Source: Bacteroidales bacterium
Lineage (GTDB): Bacteria > Bacteroidota > Bacteroidia > Bacteroidales > UBA4417
NCBI GenBank assembly: GCA_963665485.1
Contig: OY762227.1
Coordinates: 3,919,293-3,983,292 of the forward strand
Direction: 5' to 3'
Length of the DNA stretch: 64,000 nucleotides
Translations under genes and position numbers: made by a program
The notes under the pieces: model-generated
Told to the model about the DNA's origin: nothing
The model's database searches: none
The model's input: the letters and a program-made list of their open reading frames with translations, nothing else
Part shown: positions 10,096 to 20,100 of the stretch, in pieces
How positions within the stretch are numbered: position 1 is the stretch's first letter
Layout: each line of letters opens with the position of its first letter

Positions 10096-10812
10096 ATGAA
10101 AAAAAGAGCTGTAATACTGGCAGGCGGCAAAGGAACGAGATTACGTCCTTATACTGTCGTGCTTCCCAAACCGCTGATGCCGGTAGGAGATTACCCGGTT
10201 TTGGAAATTATTATCCGCCAATTAGCATTTTACGGTTTTGAGCATATTACTTTAACTGTGAATCACCAGGCCGAGATCATCAAGGCATTTTTTGGTGATG
10301 GCTCAAAATGGAATATCAAAATTGATTATTCCTTAGAGGATAAGCCATTGAGTACCATGGGACCTTTAAAACTGATACAAGATTTGCCTGAGGTTTTCCT
10401 GATCATGAATGGCGATGTTTTGACTGATCTTGATTTCGATTGGTTTTACAATTTCCATAAAAATAATGGCAAGCTATTTTCCATTTCGGCTTTCAGCAGA
10501 ACAGAAGTCAGTGAATACGGCGTTTTGTTTTCGGGTACTGACAATCTGTTGACTGGTTTTGTAGAAAAACCGAAAACGGATTACACCGTAAGTATGGGCA
10601 TTTATATGGCAAACCGAGAAATATTGAAACATATCCCTGACAATGTTGCGTACGGTTTTGATCATTTGATGCTGGCCCTGATACAGAAAAAACAGGAAGT
10701 GCTTATTCACCGTCATTCAGGTTATTGGCTCGATATCGGGCGGCCGGATGATTATATTCAGGCTATTGATGAACTTGAATTATTGAAAGAAAAACTCATG
10801 CCATGGGAATAA
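10096..10812 (+). CDS. Sugar-phosphate nucleotidyltransferase
   Basis: It carries the NTP_transferase signature AVILAGGKGTRLRPYTVVLPKPLMPV and is 238 aa. The specific sugar cannot be assigned from sequence. Confidence 0.85.
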   Translation: MKKRAVILAGGKGTRLRPYTVVLPKPLMPVGDYPVLEIIIRQLAFYGFEHITLTVNHQAEIIKAFFGDGSKWNIKIDYSLEDKPLSTMGPLKLIQDLPEVFLIMNGDVLTDLDFDWFYNFHKNNGKLFSISAFSRTEVSEYGVLFSGTDNLLTGFVEKPKTDYTVSMGIYMANREILKHIPDNVAYGFDHLMLALIQKKQEVLIHRHSGYWLDIGRPDDYIQAIDELELLKEKLMPWE

Positions 10813-11672
10813 AAACGTCGAAACGAGTGTTAGTAACCGGCAGCAGTGGATTTATTGGTCGAAGACTCGTTAGATCCTTGCGGGAGAACGGATTTATTGT
10901 CGAAGAATTTGACATAAATATCGGCGATATTTCGACTTACGAATTCAATTATTCCGAACTTGATCATATTGTGCATCTTGCTTCAATGATTTTCGTTCCG
11001 GCAAGTTGGGACAATACAAAATCATTTTATCAAACCAATGTTATAGGAACCATTAACCTTTTGGAATTATGCCGGAAGATGAACTGCCCGCTTACCTATA
11101 TCAGCTCTTATGTATATGGAACACCGCAGTATTTGCCGGTAGACGAAAATCATCCTATTAACCCTCTAAGCCCGTATAATCACAGTAAATTACTGGCAGA
11201 AGAAGCATGCAGGTATTATTCCGAGACATTTAATTTTCCTGTAACTGTTTTCAGGCCGGTTAATGTATACGGACCTGGCCAGAATCCAATTTTCCTCATC
11301 CCTAAAATTATCAAACAAGTATTTGACTCTTCTGTTAAATCTATTGAGGTGATGGATCTACGGCCGAAACGAGACTTTTTATTTATCGATGATTTTATAA
11401 AAGCCATCCACTTAAGTTTTAACCAGCCAAATTTTGATATTTATAATATTGGAGCTGGCTATTCGGTTAGTGTTGAGGAGATCATAACAACAATTCTTAA
11501 GGAATCAGGAATTGATAAACCCTATTCAGCAAAAGGTGAAGAACGTAAAAACGAAACATGGGATGTATATAGCGGTATCTCGAAAATAAAAAAACAACTA
11601 TCATGGGAACCAGACACCACTTTCGAAGAAGGAATTAAGAATTGCATTAAAGAATACAAAGAGAGTTTATAG
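10803..11672 (+). CDS. NAD-dependent sugar epimerase/dehydratase (extended SDR)
   Basis: It has the Rossmann motif VLVTGSSGFIGRRL and the catalytic YNHSK (YxxxK). It overlaps the previous gene by 10 nt. Confidence 0.85.
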   Translation: MGIKTSKRVLVTGSSGFIGRRLVRSLRENGFIVEEFDINIGDISTYEFNYSELDHIVHLASMIFVPASWDNTKSFYQTNVIGTINLLELCRKMNCPLTYISSYVYGTPQYLPVDENHPINPLSPYNHSKLLAEEACRYYSETFNFPVTVFRPVNVYGPGQNPIFLIPKIIKQVFDSSVKSIEVMDLRPKRDFLFIDDFIKAIHLSFNQPNFDIYNIGAGYSVSVEEIITTILKESGIDKPYSAKGEERKNETWDVYSGISKIKKQLSWEPDTTFEEGIKNCIKEYKESL

Positions 11673-11689
11673 ATATCAAGCCTTTCCAG

Positions 11690-12772
11690 ATGGAAAAACA
11701 AAAAACACTTCTCTACATAAAGCCGGCCAATTCGTCGTTTATTGCTTCCGATCAGAAATTGCTTGAAAAGTATTACCACGTAATTCCTTTTCTGGTGAAA
11801 CAATCAGGTAAGAAATGGAAATTCTTCCTGGATTTGTTTTCCTTAGTATTTTTCCTCATAGGCAAAGCTCGTAAAAGTGAAATTTTTATTTGCTGGTTTG
11901 GTGATTACCATGCCGCTGTAATGGTATTGATTGCAAGAATATTCAGAAAAAAATCCATCATTGTTGCCGGTGGGCAGGAAGCGATTTGTTACAAGGTACT
12001 AGGCAAAGGAGTGTATTTGAAAAGATTCAGAGGATGGTGCGTAAAATATGCTTTGCGTAACGCATCTTTAATACTTCCAAATCACGCTTCGCTCATTTAC
12101 CACGAAAACTTCTTTTATAATGCTGATAATCCACATATTGATGGAATTCGCCATTATGTGAAAGATATAAAAGGAGAAATTATTGTTGTTCCCAATGGAA
12201 TAGACTTTTTGCGTATTGACCGAAACCCGGAAATTAAAAAAAATCCTAATCTTGTTCTCACTGTTGGTACTATGAATAAAGAGGCGGACTTTTATAATAA
12301 AGGATTTGATCTTTTTATTTATTTATCACGTTTGCACGCTGATAAAGAATTTGTGCTGATTGGTGTTAAAAAGACATATCTAGCCTGGATTGAAGAAAAA
12401 TTCAACGTTTCAAAAATCATAAATCTCAGGATCATTCCTTCTTTCTGTCCAGATGAAATCCTGGCAGATTTTTTCAATAAAGCAACTGTATACTTGCAAA
12501 TATCGATTACCGAAGGAATGCCGGTTAGCCTGGGTGAAGCAATGCTATGCGAATGCATACCTGTTGGATCAAATGTCAACGGTATTCCTGATGCGATTGC
12601 CGATACCGGAGTTCTTGTTTACAAGAGAGATATCAATGAGTTATCAGAAGCGTTAAATAAGTCATTTACGCTCAAAACTGGAGCGGATGCGCGCATCCAT
12701 ACTCTCAAACACTTTTCAATGGATCAAAGAGAAGAAAAGTTGATTTCAGCAATCCGCAGCATTACTGGCTGA
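11690..12772 (+). CDS. Glycosyltransferase, GT4/group 1
   Basis: The C-terminal Glycos_transf_1 pattern is present: SITEGMPVSLGEAMLCECIPVGSNVNGIPDAI (E-x7-E). 360 aa. Confidence 0.75.
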   Translation: MEKQKTLLYIKPANSSFIASDQKLLEKYYHVIPFLVKQSGKKWKFFLDLFSLVFFLIGKARKSEIFICWFGDYHAAVMVLIARIFRKKSIIVAGGQEAICYKVLGKGVYLKRFRGWCVKYALRNASLILPNHASLIYHENFFYNADNPHIDGIRHYVKDIKGEIIVVPNGIDFLRIDRNPEIKKNPNLVLTVGTMNKEADFYNKGFDLFIYLSRLHADKEFVLIGVKKTYLAWIEEKFNVSKIINLRIIPSFCPDEILADFFNKATVYLQISITEGMPVSLGEAMLCECIPVGSNVNGIPDAIADTGVLVYKRDINELSEALNKSFTLKTGADARIHTLKHFSMDQREEKLISAIRSITG

Positions 12773-12774
12773 TT

Positions 12775-13800
12775 TCAGTTTTTATAACTTGGCCGGTTTA
12801 AAAACTTCGCTAAACCTTCTACATCAAGATGAAATAAACTTAGAAAAAGCCCAACCATTGCCCGAAGTTTCCATATATATTCCCCTCTTTTTGAAAAAAT
12901 AGCTTTAATATACCTTTTCCGGGCTTCTTTAAACTGCTTTTTAATCAATAGGTAGCGGCCTTCTCTTGCGTAAGCCATTATCATCACCTTGTCAAAATAA
13001 GTTTTTATATCTTTTTGCTTTACGGAAAAAGACAGTGAAGGATCAGACGAGAATTTTTTGAAATTATCCAGTGAAAGAGCATAAAATCCTGAAAATATGC
13101 TGACAAGGTGCGTTTTCGTCGTTTGCCCCGGATACACGCGCCATCGACCGGTTGGTTCAGCATCGTAAACGAACGTTCCCTGGGTACTCAGTAGTTGCCA
13201 GGTGGGCAAATCAACCAAAGGCAATCCATAGCCTTGTTGAAAACCGCCAATCTTCTCAAGAGTTTCTTTTCGAATACATGCTGTAAGTGCAGGTATACAG
13301 TTTCTGAATAAAAGTATATCCAGAAAACTACCTACAGGGTTATTTGTAAACAATTTGATATCCGAAGGTTCTAATTCAGGAGAAACTATAAAAACCTGGC
13401 TTTGATCAATATTCACCTGCCGGGAACTGCTCCAGGCAATAACAGCCGATGGATTGCTTTCGAGAGTAGCAACTTGCCGGCTTAGTTTATCAGTTTCCCA
13501 TATATCGTCACCTTCCAGAATTGCAATATATTTACCTTTTGCGTGTTGAAGCGCAAAATTATAGGTTTCGGAAAGCCTGAAAATTCCAATGTTCTGTTGG
13601 TTATAAACTGTGATTCTTGGATCAGCTGCTGCAAACCGGTTAGCGATTTCTACAGTATGATCTGTGCTTCCATCATTGATTATCAACATTTCCCAACCAG
13701 TAAATGATTGATCTATAGCCGACTGAATACATTCGGCAATAAAATCAGCATGATTAAAAGTTGGGGTGATGATTGTAACAATTACAGTTTCATTTATCAT
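12775..13800 (-). CDS. Glycosyltransferase family 2
   Basis: It has TIITPTFNHADFIAECIQSAIDQSFTGWEMLIINDGSTDHT and the DD motif in ILEGDDIWE. I chose the ATG at 13800. The track start at 13806 is a GTG that abuts the upstream stop. Confidence 0.85.
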   Translation of the reverse strand: MINETVIVTIITPTFNHADFIAECIQSAIDQSFTGWEMLIINDGSTDHTVEIANRFAAADPRITVYNQQNIGIFRLSETYNFALQHAKGKYIAILEGDDIWETDKLSRQVATLESNPSAVIAWSSSRQVNIDQSQVFIVSPELEPSDIKLFTNNPVGSFLDILLFRNCIPALTACIRKETLEKIGGFQQGYGLPLVDLPTWQLLSTQGTFVYDAEPTGRWRVYPGQTTKTHLVSIFSGFYALSLDNFKKFSSDPSLSFSVKQKDIKTYFDKVMIMAYAREGRYLLIKKQFKEARKRYIKAIFSKRGEYIWKLRAMVGLFLSLFHLDVEGLAKFLNRPSYKN

Positions 13801-13806
13801 ATCCAC

Positions 13807-15468
13807 CTATTTTGTTGCAACATAAATCATATTATTTGAATATTCAAATTCTTCTGTTGCAATAATATATTCTGATTTCAAAGGATAAATTTTTCGTTTA
13901 TATACAAGCATTGATATTAAGTTCTTAATCCAGAAGGGCAAAATCAGCATTATTTTTTTCTTCACCGATAATCTCATTTTTATTTCCGGATTTACACTAG
14001 CAATTGAATTAATTTCCTGCCTGACAGGATTGAAAAGGCCATTAGTTTCAATAGTTTTAAAATGTCTGAGCAGAATATCGACAAATTCGGTATGAGTCAA
14101 TTCCCATAAATGAAAATAATTTTTAGGTGCAATTCCGTTTGGATTTAAAACACTTTTGTTGGGTGTTGAAATAATTAATTGTCCACCAGGTTTTAATACC
14201 CGGTGAAATTCCTCGATACATTTTTCCTGAAGTTTTTGGGGAATATGTTCTAATGTCTCCATGCTGGTTAAGACATCAAAATAATTATCAGAAAATGGTA
14301 GTTCGGTTGCAGAACCCTGATTGAGAATTGCATTGTCAAATTTGATGTTTTCTCTTGCCGTTTTGAATGTACTTTCATCAATATCTACACCATAGACTGT
14401 TTTTGCATTTTTACAAAGAATATTCACACCGATACCTTCACCACTTGCGCAATCCAATACTATTTTTCCATCACAGAAGCTGGCAGCATATTCATATCGG
14501 ACAAAATGCTCAGCAATAGATGGCTGCCTGAAATCAGAATAATCCAGACGCTCCAAATATAATGGCAAAGTATAATTTCGCAAAAATATAATCTCGGCAA
14601 ATCCTTTTAACGCTCCTGTGAGTGCTGTAAAAGATTTTTGACAAAATATTGTTTTGAGAATTAATCCTTTTATTGATAAATAATGAGCTAGCCTGGAATT
14701 AGTGTCTGCACTAAAATTCTTCTTAAAAACATAATGAAAATTAGTAGTTTTCTGATAGAACTCTTCCTCTAAATTTGCAGTTGGTGCAAATTTATACTCA
14801 TAAAATTTAGCACTTGACAAATAGAAAAGTTTGTGCTTTTTCGATATTCTTATGGAAAAATCTAAATCATCAAAATAGGAGTAATTTTTTAGATTTTCGT
14901 CAAACCAATTAAATTCAAACACTTCTTTCCTTAAAAACATATTGGTTTTTGGCAGCCAATCAATTTCACCAGATTTCTTTTCGGAATAATCAATATTATT
15001 TCCGAATCCGGATTCCAGTATTTTGCCATTTGAATTATCAGGCAGGTAAAAACACCTGTTCAGAAATCCCACAAAAGAATTTCTCTTGTAAATAGTATCA
15101 GCCAGGCAACCTGTTATGCCTCCGATCTTATAAGAAGCCTCATTTCCCAGAAATTTTAATGCTTCTTCAAAATAAAAATCATCTAGTTTAATATTTCCTT
15201 CGGCAAAGAAAACAAAATCGCATGAAATATTTGTAATACCAATATTTTTCTGAAATGAGGAATGTGAAACAGATGGGATAATTTTAAAGTCAATATTTCG
15301 GGATGTAAAATCAGGATTAAATGATTCATAATCATTTATAATATAATCCTTACCAATGAGTGAAACTTTTGAAGGCAAACTAGTTTGAGACAAAATAGAG
15401 GTTAAAAACGCTTTTAGGTTTTTTGAGTTATCTTGGGCAATAATTATTACTTCTAACGAAAATGACAT
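13807..15468 (-). CDS. Fusion protein: GT2-like N-terminal half plus class I SAM-dependent methyltransferase C-terminal half
   Basis: 553 aa. The N-terminus is VIIIAQDNSKNLKAFLTSILSQT (GT2-like start). Residues around 330-440 read VLDCASGEGIGVNIL..VYGVDID..LKPGGQLIISTPN (methyltransferase motifs I, II and post-I). Confidence 0.7.
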   Translation of the reverse strand: MSFSLEVIIIAQDNSKNLKAFLTSILSQTSLPSKVSLIGKDYIINDYESFNPDFTSRNIDFKIIPSVSHSSFQKNIGITNISCDFVFFAEGNIKLDDFYFEEALKFLGNEASYKIGGITGCLADTIYKRNSFVGFLNRCFYLPDNSNGKILESGFGNNIDYSEKKSGEIDWLPKTNMFLRKEVFEFNWFDENLKNYSYFDDLDFSIRISKKHKLFYLSSAKFYEYKFAPTANLEEEFYQKTTNFHYVFKKNFSADTNSRLAHYLSIKGLILKTIFCQKSFTALTGALKGFAEIIFLRNYTLPLYLERLDYSDFRQPSIAEHFVRYEYAASFCDGKIVLDCASGEGIGVNILCKNAKTVYGVDIDESTFKTARENIKFDNAILNQGSATELPFSDNYFDVLTSMETLEHIPQKLQEKCIEEFHRVLKPGGQLIISTPNKSVLNPNGIAPKNYFHLWELTHTEFVDILLRHFKTIETNGLFNPVRQEINSIASVNPEIKMRLSVKKKIMLILPFWIKNLISMLVYKRKIYPLKSEYIIATEEFEYSNNMIYVATK

Positions 15469-15531
15469 ATGTTTTTATCTGTTTAAAATACAAAAGTAGA
15501 AAAGGAAAACCGTAAGTGTGCTATAGTTCGT

Positions 15532-15539
15532 TATTTTTG
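15532..15539 (+). promoter_or_regulatory. TAnnTTTG -7-type promoter motif upstream of the flippase gene
   Basis: tatttttg lies 27 nt upstream of the ATG at 15567, in the divergent intergenic region. Confidence 0.35.
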
Positions 15540-15566
15540 CAAACATTATTGAACATAATTTAAATA

Positions 15567-17057
15567 ATGATATCGAAAAACCTGATAAAATCATCCTTAA
15601 TCTATACTGTCTTTGGGGCTCTTCCAATGGTATCGGGTTTCATCCTACTGCTTTTTTATACAAATGTAAATTATATCAGTAAACCTGACTTTGGCGCTTT
15701 TATTATTTACATAAGTTTCACTCTTTTCTTACAAACCCTTATAAATCTGGGGTTGGATACATATGTAGGAGTTAGCTATTTTGAGAACAAGCATGATAAA
15801 ATAATAAACAAATCAAAAATTGGTGCCCTTACAGGTTATTTAGTACTTTGGGGAATAATAATAATAGCCATCTTCAGCCTGACTGGTGAAAGCATTTTCA
15901 AATTAGTGTTTCAGTCGAAAGATATATTTTTCTATCCCTATGGATTTATAGCAGTTATAACAGCTTTTTGTAACAGTTTTTTTAAAACGTATACGAACCT
16001 GCTCATAAACCAAGAAAGGCCTACGCGGTTTGCTTTAGTAAATTCAGTTAATTTCATTCTGACTTTAGTGTTTTCACTTTCAGGATTATTTCTATATCCA
16101 TTAACACTTATAGGCCCTATGTGGGGAAGATTATTATCGGGAATAGGCATCTTTATTATCGCATTTTCGTCGTTCTCAGTAGAATTCCCATTCAGAATTT
16201 CTTTAGGAAATGAATTGAAACAGACCCTTCGCTTTTCGTTACCAGTTCTAATATTCTTATTAATATCCTGGAGCATATCCAATATATATCCGTTCATACT
16301 GAAATATTTCATGACATTAAATGATGTTGCGATCTTCGGACTAGTTTTGCAACTCACTCTTTTAGTTGAATTTTTGTTAAATGGTATGAGTAGCGCCATT
16401 ATTCCAAAAGTTTTTGGACTGATTACCGATAAAAAACTAACAGGATCAACGCCAGAGCTTAATAAATATTTTAGCGGATTTAATGCTTTTGCTCTAATTG
16501 TTATACCAGCTTCTACCTTTTTTATCCCTCTTCTTTTGCCTGTATTGATCAGTAAAGACTATGAAGCAAGTTTCTTCTTCCTTGCAATGCTCAATATTGG
16601 ATTTGCATCCAGAGGTTTATATAATTATTTCCTTACTCCTATTTACCTTTTCAAAAAGACTAGTGTTTTACCAAAAATGTATCTGATCACAGCCTTTCTT
16701 CAAATCATTATCTCTATTGTATTGATTAAACATTTTGGCATTTGGGGAGCCGTAGCTGCTAATCTCATTACCAAAGTGATCCAAAACCTATTATTATTCC
16801 TTGCTTCACGGAAATTCTTTAAATATGAATTCAATGTTTTCAAATTTATTTGGTTACCACTTATCGTAACATTAGTTATTATTTCCAGCGAATATTTTGT
16901 TACTGTGAGTAGCATGCATATAATCAGACTAGCGCAGATGGCCTTCTCTTACCTGATGGTATATATTTTTTACAGAAACGAGGCTGGCACTTTATTTAAG
17001 GATCTGTTAAACAAATCTTGTATTCACTTAAAATCTACAACAATAACTAATAATTGA
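15567..17057 (+). CDS. Oligosaccharide/polysaccharide flippase (MOP superfamily, Wzx-like)
   Basis: 496 aa and hydrophobic throughout, with roughly 12-14 TM segments. It sits in a glycosyltransferase locus. Confidence 0.75.
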   Translation: MISKNLIKSSLIYTVFGALPMVSGFILLLFYTNVNYISKPDFGAFIIYISFTLFLQTLINLGLDTYVGVSYFENKHDKIINKSKIGALTGYLVLWGIIIIAIFSLTGESIFKLVFQSKDIFFYPYGFIAVITAFCNSFFKTYTNLLINQERPTRFALVNSVNFILTLVFSLSGLFLYPLTLIGPMWGRLLSGIGIFIIAFSSFSVEFPFRISLGNELKQTLRFSLPVLIFLLISWSISNIYPFILKYFMTLNDVAIFGLVLQLTLLVEFLLNGMSSAIIPKVFGLITDKKLTGSTPELNKYFSGFNAFALIVIPASTFFIPLLLPVLISKDYEASFFFLAMLNIGFASRGLYNYFLTPIYLFKKTSVLPKMYLITAFLQIIISIVLIKHFGIWGAVAANLITKVIQNLLLFLASRKFFKYEFNVFKFIWLPLIVTLVIISSEYFVTVSSMHIIRLAQMAFSYLMVYIFYRNEAGTLFKDLLNKSCIHLKSTTITNN

Positions 17058-17173
17058 AAAACCAACCTGATTCATTTTATTATTCAGATATATTTCCATT
17101 AAATTTGGTTTCATTTTTACGAGTACTGGAAATATCCCTAAATGTAAGACAGAAATTTAAATCAGGAGTCAAA

Positions 17174-20100
17174 TTACCTTAATAAAGTAATGGCTCCTCG
17201 CTTAACTCTCTGATTTGAAATGGAACTCTGCGTACCTAAAATATATTCAGCAATATAATAATAGACTCCGCCAGGGCAATCGTTTCCATTATAAGTTCCG
17301 TCCCAACCAGAATAAGGATCATTTGACTCAAATAACTGCTGTCCCCACCTATTAAAAATTAGAATTTGAAAAGATCCAATTCCTCTTAGGCTTACTGGTT
17401 TGAATCGGTCATTTAGTCCATCTTTATTAGGAGTAAAAACATTAGGAAACCAAAGTTCATTTCCACAATTATCAATAAAAATTTCATCACTTGCACTACA
17501 CAAACCATTTGATACATTTACTGTAAAAGTTCCTGGTTTTTCTACAGTTATTTTTTGCGAGCTTTCCCCTGTATTCCATTTATACTTACTTCCTGAATTG
17601 CCGGCATTTAAAGTTATGATTGAACCTTCGCATATAATTGTATCATTGCCTAAGCTAACAAATGGATCAGGCGCTATACTAACAATTTTATTTGCTGATG
17701 CATTTGTGCAACCACCTAAGATAAGAGTATATCTTCCTGCCTGGCTCTCACTAAAATTAAATATAACCAAATCTTGGTTTGCAGATGAAAAACCATTTGG
17801 GCCTGTCCACAAGAAAGAATAAGACTGATCAGCATTAGAAATCAGATGTAATGTGTCGCCGGCGCATACTAAAGTATCACCCATAACAGTGGGACTGGAA
17901 ATAACATTGACATTTTTTTTTGCCTCTACATTTGGACACCCACTCAATGTAAGCGTATATTCACCTTCATTAAGGATAGATATGTCAGGAATTGTCAGAA
18001 TGTGACTACTTGAAGAATAACCGTTCGGTCCAGACCACAGAAATGTATCTCCAGAAGTAGAATTTGAGCTCAAACTTAATACTCCCCCAACACAAACAGT
18101 TGTATCACCAGTTATTGCCGGATTTGTGGAAATTTTCACAGTACTTCTAAATGAAGCACTTATACATCCATTTATCATCAAAGAATATACACCTGAATTA
18201 CTACTGGAAACATTTGGGATTGATAAGTTTTGACTTGTTGATGAAAAACCATTTGGACCAGTCCAAAAATAAGAATTACCTGCAGTAGCAATTGAATTCA
18301 AACGAAGTGTATCTCCCTCACATACCGATGTATCACCTGAAACTGAGGGTCTAGTTATAACATTGACAGACCAATTTGACGCTACATTGGCACAGCCACC
18401 TAAATGAAGAGTATAAACTCCAGCATCATTGATAGTTATGCCAGTAATAGTTAAATTCTGACTTGTTGAAGTGTAACCATTCGGACCAGTCCACAGATAA
18501 GTATTACCAGATGCAGCATCAGAGCTCAAATTTAAAGTACCTCCATCACATATTGTTGTATCACCAATTATTGTAGGATTTGTGGCTACTATAACCAAAC
18601 TGTTGAAAGCTGGATTTAAACAACCGCTAACAGTTAGGGTATAAGTACCCGAGTTGCTCTGACCAGCATTAGGAATTGAAATATTTTGGCTAGTTGATGT
18701 AAACCCATTAGGGCCGGTCCATAAATAGGAATTAGCTTGAGAAGAGCTTGCACTCAGATGTAAAGTATCGCCAAAGCAAATGTAAGCATCACCTGTAACT
18801 GTTGGGTTTAAAGCGACACTTACGAGCTTTTCAACTACTACATTTTTACAACCACTTACAGTAAGTGTGTATTTGCCGGCATTAAATAAACTAACACTTG
18901 GGATTATCAAATTCCGGCTAGTAGAGAAAAATCCGTTTGGGCCTGTCCATAAAAAAGAATCACCGGTACTTCCAGTTGAAACCAGATTTAATGGATCACC
19001 CACACATAAATTAGTATCACCAGTAACAATAGGTAACGTAAAACCTTTAACATAAATTTCTTTGCAAATATTTGATTGTGAAGGCAAACCTTCATTAACA
19101 ACCAGACTAATATTATAAGTACCGGGATTATTATAAAAGAAGGAAGGTGGATACTGAAGATTTGAAGACTGAATCGATGAATTAATGCAACTCGGAAAGG
19201 TTAATCGAGATATAGTACTGTTGTTTACATTCATAATAAAAGTATACAAGGAATCTCCAACCCTGAAAAGTTCAGAAATATGATGCGGAAACGAGAAATT
19301 TCCTATATTTCCTAGACTCGTGCTAGATGGCATACTTGATAATCCATCAGGGAATGTAAGCCTTACGATATCATTAGAACCTTCATTTACAACAAAACCA
19401 AATATATTTCCGCAATCCTTTATAATTGAAATTGATCTTGGATAATTCAGTAATCCTCCAACATTCCCAATATTTATACCGGTTGGTGTATTTAGTAATG
19501 AACTACCAAAATATAATCTTGATAAACTATTGTCACCTCTATTTATTACAAACAGATGCCAAAATCCATTTTCTTGTACAGGATATAACCCAACAGGACC
19601 AATCAGAATTCCAACATTTCCCAGGTTTGTCGCAGTGGGAATATTTGCTAAACTAGTTCCAAAGTTAAGCCTGATTATATTGCTAGTATTAAAATTGCAT
19701 ATAAAACTGTACCAATTCCCATTTTCATAGAATGTATATAATGTATGTGGATAATTCAACAAATTATCAATGTTGTGTAAGTTTGAAACAGTTGGAATAT
19801 TATTCAAACTATTCCCAAAATTTAATCTTATTAAATTATTTACAGATCCACCAATCACAACCAAGCCGAACCAATTACCCGTTAAAGCATCTCTTTTTAT
19901 TTGTATTCCCTCAGTGTTTGCTTCCAAAATACCAAAATTTCCAAGATTTGTAGCTACAGGCGTATTAGTCATGTCATTACCAAAAGAAAGTTTTATTATT
20001 CTTCCATCAGTATTGTTAGAAATAAAAACGAAATAATTACTTCCATCTTTCGCTATACTTGAATAAACCGGGCGATCTAATGCCCCGAAATTTCCCATAT

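Noticed and set aside
17400-20036. Several plus-strand ORFs of 60-140 aa inside the T9SS type-B protein gene
   Set aside because: They are antisense readings of the repeat modules, and two of them share ..PFGPVHKKE, the complement of WTGPNGF. The 1039-aa minus-strand frame explains the region.
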